In this document: piece after piece, positions 10,192-19,928 of the stretch
Layout of the letters: every line of letters begins with the position of its first letter
Numbering within the stretch: the first letter of the stretch is position 1
From: Opitutales bacterium
GTDB taxonomy: Bacteria > Verrucomicrobiota > Verrucomicrobiia > Opitutales > PNEW01
DNA: 64,000 nt
Reading direction: 5' to 3'
Assembly (NCBI GenBank): GCA_965197745.1
Contig: CBDANS010000006.1
Location: forward strand, 1,344,001 to 1,408,000
Position numbers and translations under genes: made by a program
Notes under the pieces: model-generated
Database searches by the model: none
What the model saw: only the letters and a program-made list of their open reading frames with translations
Told to the model about the DNA's origin: nothing

Positions 10192-11814
10192 ATGAAAATT
10201 TCCGGCCACATCATTGACATACCGAATCGAAAGATCACTTCCGGTGTTGTTCATATTCATGAAAATCGGATTGAAAAAAAAGAGGTATCGGAAAACGTGG
10301 AAGATCAGTATATCCTACCGGGATTCATTGACGCGCATGTTCATATCGAAAGCTCGATGCTGGTGCCCTCTGAATTCGCGCGACTGGCCGTCCCTCATGG
10401 AACCGTAGCCACGATCTCCGACCCCCATGAGATCGGTAATGTGATGGGAGTGGAAGGGGTCAAATACATGATCGAAAGCGGCGAGAAGGTTAATTTCAAA
10501 TTTTTCTTCGGCGCGCCCTCCTGTGTCCCCGCGACAACCTTTGAAACTGCCGGGGCGACAATAAAGGTTCAGGAAATTGAAGACCTTTTTAAATGTCACG
10601 GCGTAAAATACCTGGCCGAAATGATGAATTGGCCGGGTGTTCTCAATAAGGATGCAGAAGTATTTGCTAAACTCGCACTGGCAAAAAAGTATAAACTGAA
10701 TATCGATGGTCACGCCCCGGGGCTTAAAGGGGATGATGCGAAAAAATATATCGAGGCAGGAATAAGCACCGATCATGAATGTTATTCCAAAGAAGAAGCT
10801 CTCGATAAGTTGAAATGGGGAATGAAAGTTATCATCCGCGAAGGCAGCGCCGCTAAAAATTTTGATGAGCTGATTGATCTCATGAACATCTATCCTGAAG
10901 ACATGATGCTCTGCTCCGATGACAAGCATCCTGATAATCTAGTCGATGGGCACATTAACGTCCTCGTAAGAAGAGCCGTTGCCAGGGGAATCGATCTTTT
11001 CAAAGTCTTGGGGGCTGCATGCATCAATCCTGTTGAGCATTACGGGTTAGAGGTCGGTCTCTTGCGAGAGGGTAACTTCGCGGATTTTATAGTCGTTAAC
11101 AACCTGAAAGATTTTCAAGTAATCAAGACATATATCAACGGCAAATGTGTAGCGGAGGAAGGGAAATCGAAAATCGAATCCGTAAAAAATGAAATTATTA
11201 ATAACTTCAACGTAGGCTGCAAAAGTGTTCATGACTTTCAGATTCCCGCGGCTGGAAACCACGCCCATGTCATCGAGGCGCTCAATGGGCAAATTATTAC
11301 AAAGAGCCAGGTGCTCGCGTTTAAGAATCAATCCGGATACGCGACGGCTGATAGTGAAAATGATTTGCTTAAAATTACGGTTGTTAACCGCTACGAAGAT
11401 CACGAACCATCAATAGCGTTCATTAAAAATTTTGGATTAAAAGAGGGCGCAATCGCTTCTTCGGTTGCTCACGACTCTCACAACATCATCGCTGTCGGGG
11501 TTGAAGATGATTCACTCTGTAAAGCGGTAAATATGCTCATTGAAGCCAAAGGGGGAGTCTGCGCGGTAAAACAGGATAAAGAAAAATTATTAGCCCTGCC
11601 GGTGGGCGGAATCATGACAACGAAAGACGGGTATGAAGTTGCAAAAAACTACACAGAAATTGATAAACTGGCCAAAGAAATGGGAAGCAAACTCGACTCA
11701 CCATTTATGACCCTATCCTTTATGGCCCTCCTCGTTATTCCCTCACTCAAACTCAGTGACCTCGGCCTCTTCGACGGCGAAGAGTTCGCCTTCACCGACC
11801 TGTTCGTTAAATAG
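10192..11814 (+). CDS. ade: Adenine deaminase
   Basis: PGFIDAHVHIESS, SDPHEIGNV, DGHAPG, TDHE, SDDKH and AHDSHN motifs; start ATG 10192 (upstream extension is repeat-derived). Confidence 0.95.
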   Translation: MKISGHIIDIPNRKITSGVVHIHENRIEKKEVSENVEDQYILPGFIDAHVHIESSMLVPSEFARLAVPHGTVATISDPHEIGNVMGVEGVKYMIESGEKVNFKFFFGAPSCVPATTFETAGATIKVQEIEDLFKCHGVKYLAEMMNWPGVLNKDAEVFAKLALAKKYKLNIDGHAPGLKGDDAKKYIEAGISTDHECYSKEEALDKLKWGMKVIIREGSAAKNFDELIDLMNIYPEDMMLCSDDKHPDNLVDGHINVLVRRAVARGIDLFKVLGAACINPVEHYGLEVGLLREGNFADFIVVNNLKDFQVIKTYINGKCVAEEGKSKIESVKNEIINNFNVGCKSVHDFQIPAAGNHAHVIEALNGQIITKSQVLAFKNQSGYATADSENDLLKITVVNRYEDHEPSIAFIKNFGLKEGAIASSVAHDSHNIIAVGVEDDSLCKAVNMLIEAKGGVCAVKQDKEKLLALPVGGIMTTKDGYEVAKNYTEIDKLAKEMGSKLDSPFMTLSFMALLVIPSLKLSDLGLFDGEEFAFTDLFVK

Positions 11815-12100
11815 TAATATTTTATAAATAAAGAATAGCCACAGAAAGCACAAAAGGCACAAAAAAACTAACCGCTGAGGCGCAGAGGACGCGGAGATTT
11901 TAATTTAAAGTTTTATTTTCTCGATTTTATAACATTTCTCGGCGCTATTCGCGTCTCAGGTGATTCAAAGAATACTGACTGCGGATAACGCGGATAACAC
12001 GGATGTTGAGATATGGAGTGTAAGAGTCACGAATATTACCGAGGGCGAAGGCTGACATCCTCCAATTCGATATCAAAGAGAACATGGACATAAAATATTT

Positions 12101-12249
12101 CGTCGTGTCGAGAGTCGCCTACGCTTCACTCGCGTTTGCGAGGACAAGAACGTACCACTCACGAATATACACAACTAATTGCGTATATTCGTGAGAGGTA
12201 GTTCAAAACGCGCTTTTAGCGCTAAGCGTAGGCGACTCTCGACACGACG
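12101..12249. repeat. ~150-nt four-way-junction palindromic element, copy A
   Basis: Perfect 26-bp terminal stem (12101-12126 / 12224-12249) enclosing three hairpins; homologous to 19678-19831. Confidence 0.85.
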
Positions 12250-12409
12250 GAACCTTTATCGCCCTATTAGAAACTAATCCGTGTAATCCGCGGTATTATT
12301 AAACTTTTTGCTTTCTCTCTCTCTCTTGTGCCTTTTGTGGCCAACTCTTTCTTTTGGCTATTCACCAATCAGCAATTGATATTAAATCTATTCTCTAACT
12401 ACAATTAAA

Positions 12410-13291
12410 TCACTTAATTTCAAATAGAGACCTCTGTTCATTTGAAATTATCAAACTGTTATCGTAAAAGCAGATACCTTCACAGGTTTTTCCGTTATTA
12501 AAAGGAAGCCATGATATTTTACCTTTAAAATAATCATCGGATCCATTCATGGTCTCAAACAGCCATACCGCACGATAAGTCAGAACGGTTAATTTACTGC
12601 CGTCGGAATTAGCATCCGCCGCGGTTACCTGGCTTCGTGTCTTAAATGAAGAGAGTAATTGAAGGACATTGACGGAGTCGGTATTTAAAGTATCGAATCG
12701 GTACAGCTTGGTGTTGTCATCTGCTCTATGTTTACTGAGTATATAAAGCTTATTCTTTGCATGGAATAATGCTTCAGCGTCAAAATTAAGTTTCTTTGCT
12801 GGATACTCTTTTTGGTCCGGATAGACAAAAGGTATCTTGAAAAGAATTCTCGTATTGTACCTTTCGTAAGGATTGGGTTCAGTGAGGATATAGATCGCTA
12901 AATCGCGTCTCGCATTGGCATTGTTTCCAAAGGCTCCGATGATAAGATTTTTGTTGTCATCCATGGTGATATCTTCCCAGTCGACATTGACCGCATCGAG
13001 TATGATAACGCCCTCGTAAGGTTTATCACTCCATGAAGGAGCTATAATACTCCTGTCTTTTTTCACCGGAAATATACGCGCCATATCTCCGGAATCATTG
13101 TGAGTCCATATCACTTCTGGCCAGAGTCTGCTTCTCACGATCCCCGACGACTCTTTTATCGGTTCAAAATTCAAGTTACCAGTGGCCTTTAATTCTACTG
13201 GTTCTACATCGGGTAAAGATAACGAATCATTTGCCTCCCCCCATGATATTAGAATAAAGGAGAGGACTAATAAAAATAGAGATTTATTCAT
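12410..13291 (-). CDS. Secreted hypothetical protein, probable beta-propeller
   Basis: Signal peptide; ESSG, WTHNDSG, DWEDI, FDAEA and EGI motifs. Confidence 0.7.
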   Translation of the reverse strand: MNKSLFLLVLSFILISWGEANDSLSLPDVEPVELKATGNLNFEPIKESSGIVRSRLWPEVIWTHNDSGDMARIFPVKKDRSIIAPSWSDKPYEGVIILDAVNVDWEDITMDDNKNLIIGAFGNNANARRDLAIYILTEPNPYERYNTRILFKIPFVYPDQKEYPAKKLNFDAEALFHAKNKLYILSKHRADDNTKLYRFDTLNTDSVNVLQLLSSFKTRSQVTAADANSDGSKLTVLTYRAVWLFETMNGSDDYFKGKISWLPFNNGKTCEGICFYDNSLIISNEQRSLFEIK

Positions 13292-13304
13292 TTGAGATAC
13301 TTAT

Positions 13305-13366
13305 TATTGCCGGTTTTTAACCACGAATGAACACGAATAGGAATTTAAAGGTAAAGAGATAGGCAC
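13305..13366 (+). repeat. 62-bp direct repeat, copy 1 (copy 2 at 14420-14481)
   Basis: 59/62 identical; contains the CACGAATGAACACGAAT motif. Confidence 0.9.
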
Positions 13367-13599
13367 GAGGGCGATTAAAATAGAATGGAGAGCCACGCGT
13401 TAACTGTCGGCCATAGCCCACCGGGCGACGGATGATCATGGCCGTTATTATGCATTGTCATTGCGAGGATCCCGTATCTGCGGGGACGAAGCAATCCAGA
13501 AATTATGACTCAATATATATGTTGTGATTACCACTGTGAATATCTTTTATTTTGAATCATGGATCTTTCATCCCAAATTCGAATAATTATCATACCTAG

Positions 13600-14409
13600 G
13601 TGAATAGGAAAACAATGAGATATAAACTCCTCTGCGTATTCTTCTTATTTATCTCGGGTTGTTACACTGTACCTGAGACGGGCCGTAGCGCACTTAGCTT
13701 TATTCCCGATGCAGAATTAAAAGCGTTGTCTCTCCAGGAGTTCTCACGGTTAAAAATGACAGAAAGGATTTCCAGAAATTATGAAATGAACAATCGGGTA
13801 GAACGCATTGGGCATAATATCGCCCGGGTAGTGGGCAAGGATATCCCCGGTGCGGAATGGGAATTTGTCGTATTTGAGAACGACAATTTGATTAATGCTT
13901 TTGCCTTAGCGGGAGGTAAAGTGGGTGTCTATACCGGAATGCTTAAGATCGCGACTACTGACGATCTGCTAGCTACGGTCATTGGACATGAAATTGCGCA
14001 CGTTTCCGCTAAGCATGGCAATGAACGCCTTTCTCAGGGATTGTTAGTTGAGTTGGTTGGTAGTGGTTTAGAATCTGCGTTGGAAGATGACGACAGTGAT
14101 GAAAATAAGGAAAAAACCCGCCAGGCGATACTAAATGCCTATGGGTTGGGATCAATGGTAGGATACCTCCTACCATTCAGCCGACTTCAGGAAAATGAAG
14201 CCGATCATATAGGAGTACTCTACGCCGCTCGTGCCGGCTACGATCCTAGGGCTGCAATTGAATTGTGGCAAATGATGTCCAATAAGAAAAATTATTCTCC
14301 TCCTGCTTTTCTTACCTCACACCCGGCAGATCAGACCCGTATCAACAGGTTAAAAGAAAACCTGCCATTTGCCATGCGTGAATACGAAGCTGCGCGGGCA
14401 AGAGAATAA
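13600..14409 (+). CDS. M48 family metallopeptidase lipoprotein
   Basis: NAFALAGG, GHEIAH, FSRLQENEAD and SHP motifs; lipobox ISGC. Confidence 0.92.
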   Translation: MNRKTMRYKLLCVFFLFISGCYTVPETGRSALSFIPDAELKALSLQEFSRLKMTERISRNYEMNNRVERIGHNIARVVGKDIPGAEWEFVVFENDNLINAFALAGGKVGVYTGMLKIATTDDLLATVIGHEIAHVSAKHGNERLSQGLLVELVGSGLESALEDDDSDENKEKTRQAILNAYGLGSMVGYLLPFSRLQENEADHIGVLYAARAGYDPRAAIELWQMMSNKKNYSPPAFLTSHPADQTRINRLKENLPFAMREYEAARARE

Positions 14410-14419
14410 TGGGCGAGAA

Positions 14420-14481
14420 TATTGCCGATTTTTAATCACGAATGAACACGAATAGGAATTTAAAGGTAAAGAGACAGGCAC
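14420..14481 (+). repeat. 62-bp direct repeat, copy 2
   Basis: 59/62 identical to 13305-13366. Confidence 0.9.
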
Positions 14482-14544
14482 CGCGCGTCCCTCCATTCTC
14501 CTAATCTTTCATTTATTTTTTTCCTCTTGGGGCTATTAAGAATC

Positions 14545-15567
14545 TTACTCTTCGATCTTATCTATCATACTGTTGAAGGTCTCATCATCAAGCTTACGAT
14601 GGTGAAACCAGTTTTGCGAATTCCCGAGTATGTCATTCAGCTCATTGATGCGGTTAAGCACCTCTCTTACCTCGACGCGCGTGGTGCCGATATCTTTTGG
14701 ACGATAGCGCACGTGACAGGTATCGAGCAAAGCCTTCGTCTCGTCAAAACGCCAATCGCAGAGGTAATTGTTGATCAAGGTCCCCAGTGCTACGCTCTCA
14801 GCGTGCAAGAGTTCGCGTCTAAGGACCCACTCGAAGGCAATGGTGAAGACGTGATCAAGACTGTGCGCGATTTTCGGATTCCAGGTCGGCAGGTCGTAGC
14901 GTTCGCGATTGATCTCTGCGGCGACTCGAATGCCCGTCTCGTGGGGTTGTCCGTTTGCGTCCATGTCATTACTGAACTGACCTGCCCGCTCTTTTACCCA
15001 ATGGATGGTGGTTTCAGCCATGGCTTCGTCCCAGGGATGCCCTTCAAGTCCCTGATCGGTCCACCAACGCCAGGCGCCGACAATTGCCATATGGCAGATG
15101 CACTCGCCCATCCCCGCGCAGTTGAGCCGGGGCGGCGCCGAGCGGATGACCCCCGTGTCAAAAAGGAGGTACTCGGGGGATATCGCCTGTTTATGAAAAT
15201 CCCAGGTGTCCGGGTGACGCACTGCGAACAAGCCCTGGAATACTGAACCTGTCGAAACGATAGTGGGTATCATGATCAGCGGTTTGTCCAGTTTCCAGGC
15301 GACATATTTACCCACGTCCAGAGCGTTGCCGCCACCGATCGCTACCACCTGTTCGGCATCCGGCAGAGGCGGAACCAAATCGTCAAGATAAGCCGCACGC
15401 ATCCCCTGCTGGAATTCCAGGTGCCGGGGTGTGTGAGGGAAGAAATGTTCAACGTGAGACCACGCGCTGGGCGAGGTGATCGCAAGGTAAGATTCGTACT
15501 GGGGACCATGCTCTTTAAGCAGATCCGACCCGTAACGTGCATCCCAATCTGCTGATTTTCGATTCAT
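14545..15567 (-). CDS. Glycerol-1-phosphate dehydrogenase-like / DHQ-FeADH superfamily dehydrogenase
   Basis: IGGGNALDVGK, PTIVST and LLHAESVALG motifs. Confidence 0.75.
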   Translation of the reverse strand: MNRKSADWDARYGSDLLKEHGPQYESYLAITSPSAWSHVEHFFPHTPRHLEFQQGMRAAYLDDLVPPLPDAEQVVAIGGGNALDVGKYVAWKLDKPLIMIPTIVSTGSVFQGLFAVRHPDTWDFHKQAISPEYLLFDTGVIRSAPPRLNCAGMGECICHMAIVGAWRWWTDQGLEGHPWDEAMAETTIHWVKERAGQFSNDMDANGQPHETGIRVAAEINRERYDLPTWNPKIAHSLDHVFTIAFEWVLRRELLHAESVALGTLINNYLCDWRFDETKALLDTCHVRYRPKDIGTTRVEVREVLNRINELNDILGNSQNWFHHRKLDDETFNSMIDKIEE

Positions 15568-15650
15568 GTGATTATCGATTGGTTCTAGAGAATGTTTTTT
15601 GGCTAATTAGGCTTATTGAAAATAGTAATATGACCGATTTCTATATCTAT

Positions 15651-16014
15651 ATGAACCCTGATGTGATGAAGAAACGGACAAAAGCTTTTGCTATGCGGAT
15701 ACTATGGACAGTGGAACATTTACCTAAGGCTACAACAGCAGGAATTATAGGCAATCAAATCCTCCGAAGCGGAACCTCTGTGGCTGCGAATTACAGGTCA
15801 GCGTGCCGGGCAAGAAGTAAAGTAGAGTTTATTGCAAAATTTTGGAATTGCTGAAGAAGAATCCGATGAAACACTATTTTGGCTGGAACTTATTGAAGAG
15901 TCGAAAATGATTCCCTCTAAGCAGCTAAAAGATATCAAACAAGAGGCTACCGAAATTACTGCAATGATTGTTTCTTCACGTAAATCGGCCAGAGCAAGTG
16001 TTAATCATAAATGA
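15651..16014 (+). pseudogene. Four-helix-bundle protein (23S rRNA IVP / bAvd-like family), frameshifted
   Basis: QILRSGTSVAANYRSACRARS..FIAKF continues as GIAEEESDETLFWLEL after one extra T at 15840-15843. Confidence 0.85.
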
Positions 16015-16062
16015 TTCCTCAATTGCTTTATTTATTCTTCTCAATCGAAAATCGGCAATTGA

Positions 16063-17853
16063 TTACTGAGCTATGCTCAGTGAGGCCATGAAGCGGGCGG
16101 TAATCCAGAGGCTGAAAATAAGGAAAATACAGCAAGCGGTTAGCCAAAGCGCTCCGCGGTAATACCAACCGAGGCCGGGTTCCACGAGCGTTTCGATGGA
16201 ACTCCCGGGCCCGCAAAGTTTGTAAGCGCGATATGAATTATATAAATCTTCCAATCCGGCGGCGTCGATTTTTTCGTCAAAATCCAATTCCTTGGTATCG
16301 CCGTGTTTTTCCATCATTGGCAATCGGATTCCTACCTCTTTCAATCGGTTATCTTCTCCCAGGGGTGTGTTGAGTATGCAGTAAAAACGGTGAAGCAACA
16401 CATCCGGTTCCGGACGCGTCAGGATACTTACAATAGTGATCGCAGTAACGGAAACGATAGCCGGAGCGAAGACCGTAATGACAAAAGTATTTTCTTTCCA
16501 GAATGACATCCAGGTGGACAAATTAATGTCCGTATTGGGTGAGTAGTGGGCATTTGTATATTGGGTTATGAGCTGGCAAATAAAATAAGTGATCAGGCTT
16601 AATCCGAAACTGGCCCAGGTGCCTTGGCGGTTGGTGCGATTCCAGACAATGCCGAAAAAGAGAGGAATAGCTATAATGAGCCCAAAGGGGGTGAAGAACT
16701 TTATAAACACCTGGAGATTATCGAACTGCAATGCCATCCAACAGGAGAGAATGACAACAATAACACTCAATATACGGGCAGCGAGCAGATAAAAGTCGGA
16801 ACTGCGGTGGGGTAACAAACGTTTTCTGAAAAGATAGTCGACAATGATAGCGGCATTAGATGCGGATATAGTATCCATTGATGACATCAATGCCGCAAAG
16901 AAGCTGGCGATAAGAAGGCCGAGCAATCCCGTTGGCAGCAAGTCTTTCATGACAATTCCCCATGCCTGTTCGGGGTCGGCGAGATGAGGATTGTAGAGAA
17001 AAAATAAAAGACCATAGACGGCAAAGAGAATGGTGATCGTTCGTTTCCAGAGGTGTCCCCAACCGCATTGTGTCGCCGCACGCTCATTTTTACCAACGAC
17101 GATTAAGCTGAAAAGAATGGGTGTGGCCACGGCGCCGAAAGTACTGGCAAAAATAAGAGCAAAAATGTCTCGCGCCGGCAATTGTTTCGAATCCAGCGAC
17201 CAGTACTCTGGCGGTAATTGGCGAAGACCTTCAAAACCGTCAGCGGCTTGCCATAAAAAAGGCAGGAGAAGAAAACAGAATGCGGTCAAGGTCATGATTC
17301 CCTGAAACATATCGGTAAAGAGGGATGCCATCATACCCCCTGAACCTATGTACGCCGCCACCACCAAACCCGAGATGATTACCGTGTGCTCAACCGAAAG
17401 ACCGGTCAGTCCGGCTATGACCTTGCCACCCGCTAGAGCGAATAAACCGACATTGGCCAGAACAATGACAATGACCAGAAGCGCATAGACAGTGGCCACG
17501 TTCGGACCGTATCGCATTTCAAAAAATTCAGCAGGATTCAGCACGCGTGAGCGCTTATAAATAGGGGCGAAGAGATAATAGACGATGATACCAAAAAGAC
17601 CTGCCCACCAGTACCAGATACCGGAAAGACCGCTTTCATAGGATGCTCCAGCAACGACCACCGCTTCGGCACCGCCGACCACGGATGCGAAGACAAAAAT
17701 GAACGCAACCACTGGACCCCATTTACCCCCTGCGATGAAGAAATCACTAAGGGTTTTTGTCTTCTTCTTCCCCACCACCACACCAAGGAATGTTACAATG
17801 AGAAAATATGCTGCCAGGACTGCGAGATCGAGAGGGTGAAGATCAATATCCAC
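16063..17853 (-). CDS. Sodium:solute symporter family transporter
   Basis: DFFIAG, EFFEMRY, TDMFQG and AALMSSMD motifs; many TM helices. Confidence 0.92.
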   Translation of the reverse strand: MDIDLHPLDLAVLAAYFLIVTFLGVVVGKKKTKTLSDFFIAGGKWGPVVAFIFVFASVVGGAEAVVVAGASYESGLSGIWYWWAGLFGIIVYYLFAPIYKRSRVLNPAEFFEMRYGPNVATVYALLVIVIVLANVGLFALAGGKVIAGLTGLSVEHTVIISGLVVAAYIGSGGMMASLFTDMFQGIMTLTAFCFLLLPFLWQAADGFEGLRQLPPEYWSLDSKQLPARDIFALIFASTFGAVATPILFSLIVVGKNERAATQCGWGHLWKRTITILFAVYGLLFFLYNPHLADPEQAWGIVMKDLLPTGLLGLLIASFFAALMSSMDTISASNAAIIVDYLFRKRLLPHRSSDFYLLAARILSVIVVILSCWMALQFDNLQVFIKFFTPFGLIIAIPLFFGIVWNRTNRQGTWASFGLSLITYFICQLITQYTNAHYSPNTDINLSTWMSFWKENTFVITVFAPAIVSVTAITIVSILTRPEPDVLLHRFYCILNTPLGEDNRLKEVGIRLPMMEKHGDTKELDFDEKIDAAGLEDLYNSYRAYKLCGPGSSIETLVEPGLGWYYRGALWLTACCIFLIFSLWITARFMASLSIAQ

Positions 17854-17888
17854 TTTTCAATTGTCGATTGCCGATTGATTAATTATAC

Positions 17889-17988
17889 TAACCGCTGAGT
17901 CGCAGGGTTCGCCGAGATTTTTTAATTTGGGATTTCTTTTTCTTGGGTTTAAAGCTTTTTACTCTGCGTTCTCCGTGTCTCTGCGGTA
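17889..17988. repeat. ACCGCAGAG-family inverted-repeat element
   Basis: TAACCGCTGAGTCGCAGGG ... CTCTGCGTTCTCCGTGTCTCTGCGGTA, itself flanked by inward-facing CGATT/AATC heptamers. Confidence 0.75.
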
Positions 17989-18025
17989 TATTTCTTCAAT
18001 CAATAATAGGCAATGGTATGTGAAA

Positions 18026-19282
18026 TCAGAAATTAAGCAGGCGAATACTCAGGTAACTGAGTAAGCCGACCGAACACGCGGCCACTAATCCTACTAGAAG
18101 GGGTTTCAGACCAAGGGTTTTTATTTTAGAAAAACTTGTACTCAGCCCAAGCGAAGCCATAGCGAGCGTTAAACACCAGGTCACCACGGAGTGAGCTCCC
18201 ATTAAAAAATTATCCCAGGATTCCTGAGTGAAAACGGCAAAAGGTTTATCGCCGATATCGCCAAGAGAACGTATTATAGCCATGCATACAAAGACCACTA
18301 CGAATAGAGGGACCATTTGATGCCAGCGCGGGGGCTTCGTTTCAGAGGATTGTTCGCTGTCTTGCGCGCGCTGATAAAGCAGGGCCATAGTAGGTATCAC
18401 TACAATCATAAACAGGTTGCGAATTAATTTTGTGACCGTTGCCTCATCGAGAACCTGTGGCTCGAGATAGTGTTGCGCGTAAATTAATCCGGCTCCCGTG
18501 ACCTGTGAGGTATCGTGGATAGCGGTGCCCAGGAAGACACCGGCTTGATGAGCGTTTCCATCAAAAATCCAATGGGCGAAGTAGGGATAGAGAACGAGAC
18601 CGCACAATCCGTATAAGGTTACACAAGCAACGGCATAACTGACTTCATCTTCTTTTGCTTTAATCCCCACGGAAGCGGCAACTACCGCGCTTACTCCGCA
18701 TATGCTGGTCCCGACGGCTATCAGGGTCCCCAGGCGTGGCGGTAAATGTAATAGTCGTGTGAGCCCTGATACAATGAGTAGTGCGCCAATGATGCTAATA
18801 ACCACCACGGGCAGGCTATTTATTCCAATTTGCCCGATTGCAGCCATACTCAACCGCAATCCCAGCAGAGCAATACCAATTCTGAGGAGTCGCCTTACAC
18901 AAAAAACTAACCCGGGGACGTATTCGTCGGGAACCCCGATAATATTCCTGAAAGCAATACCGAAAATAATTATGAGCACGATCGGGCTTAAAGGGCTTTT
19001 TTCAAATCCCATAATCGTAATCCCCAACCAACTTGATATAATTCTGGCGAAGCTAGCCAGAACCAGAGCTAAAATGATTCCCGGAATAAGACCTGATAGA
19101 TCTGATAAAAATTTAAATAGTGCCGTGTCCGCTTTTTGCTCTTCAGGTATTGTCGTATCAATTCCGGCAAAATTGTCCCAATCCAAATCGCCCTCCATAC
19201 TTGCGAGAGAATTAGCCTGCTCGAGACTGAGATCAGCAAACCTTCTCTTCTGTCTGCTTAGGTTGCTGAGCTTACTATTCAT
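18026..19282 (-). CDS. YeiH / putative sulfate exporter family membrane protein
   Basis: GIALLG, GTSICGVSA, GTAIHDTSQV and TKLIRN motifs; start moved to ATG 19282 because the longer ORF runs through the tRNA. Confidence 0.9.
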   Translation of the reverse strand: MNSKLSNLSRQKRRFADLSLEQANSLASMEGDLDWDNFAGIDTTIPEEQKADTALFKFLSDLSGLIPGIILALVLASFARIISSWLGITIMGFEKSPLSPIVLIIIFGIAFRNIIGVPDEYVPGLVFCVRRLLRIGIALLGLRLSMAAIGQIGINSLPVVVISIIGALLIVSGLTRLLHLPPRLGTLIAVGTSICGVSAVVAASVGIKAKEDEVSYAVACVTLYGLCGLVLYPYFAHWIFDGNAHQAGVFLGTAIHDTSQVTGAGLIYAQHYLEPQVLDEATVTKLIRNLFMIVVIPTMALLYQRAQDSEQSSETKPPRWHQMVPLFVVVFVCMAIIRSLGDIGDKPFAVFTQESWDNFLMGAHSVVTWCLTLAMASLGLSTSFSKIKTLGLKPLLVGLVAACSVGLLSYLSIRLLNF

Positions 19283-19312
19283 GGGTGCGAGTAGGTCTAT
19301 AAAGCGAAAAGG

Positions 19313-19388
<76 letters not shown>

Positions 19389-19470
19389 ATGTTCTCCGCT
19401 TGGAAATTTGTGGATATAGACAAAATCTCCTTATTCCGTCAATTATCGATTATCGAATGTTTTCTGAAGA

Positions 19471-19907
19471 TTTACCGCTGAGACGCAAAGGGCGCTGAGA
19501 AATTAGTTTAGAATTTACTAAAGCTGATTTTCAAACCTTTAACTTTACGTGCTCCAATGCTTTGCGGTGATTCAAAGCATCCTAACCGCGAATAACACGG
19601 ATTGATACGGATGGAGAGGTATAGAGTGTAAAATTCACGAATATAAAATAGCTAAAAAAACATAGACAAAGAGGGGTTTTCGTCGGGCAGAGAATCACCT
19701 GTGCTATGCGCAAAAGCGCATTTTGAACTGGCTACTTACGAATATACACAACGAGTTGCGTATATTCGTAAGTAGTCGTTTTTGTACTCGCAAACGCGAG
19801 TGAAGCACAGGTGATTCTCTGCCCGACGAAACCCTTAATCTACTTATCCGCATAATTCGTTTAATCTGCGGTATTAAACTCTGCGTCCTCCGCGTCTCTG
19901 CGGTAAA
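19471..19907. repeat. Composite nested repeat cassette carrying four-way-junction element copy B (19678-19831)
   Basis: ACCGCTGAG outer arms, ACCGCG..ACGGAT inner arms, central 28-bp perfect stem; near-identical inverted copy without the central element at 25242-25480. Confidence 0.85.
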
Positions 19908-19928
19908 TCTCTTTAATTCGCAATCGGC

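Noticed and set aside
15651..16014. Diversity-generating retroelement suggested by the Avd-like gene
   Set aside because: No reverse transcriptase and no template/variable repeat pair differing at adenines were seen in the window.
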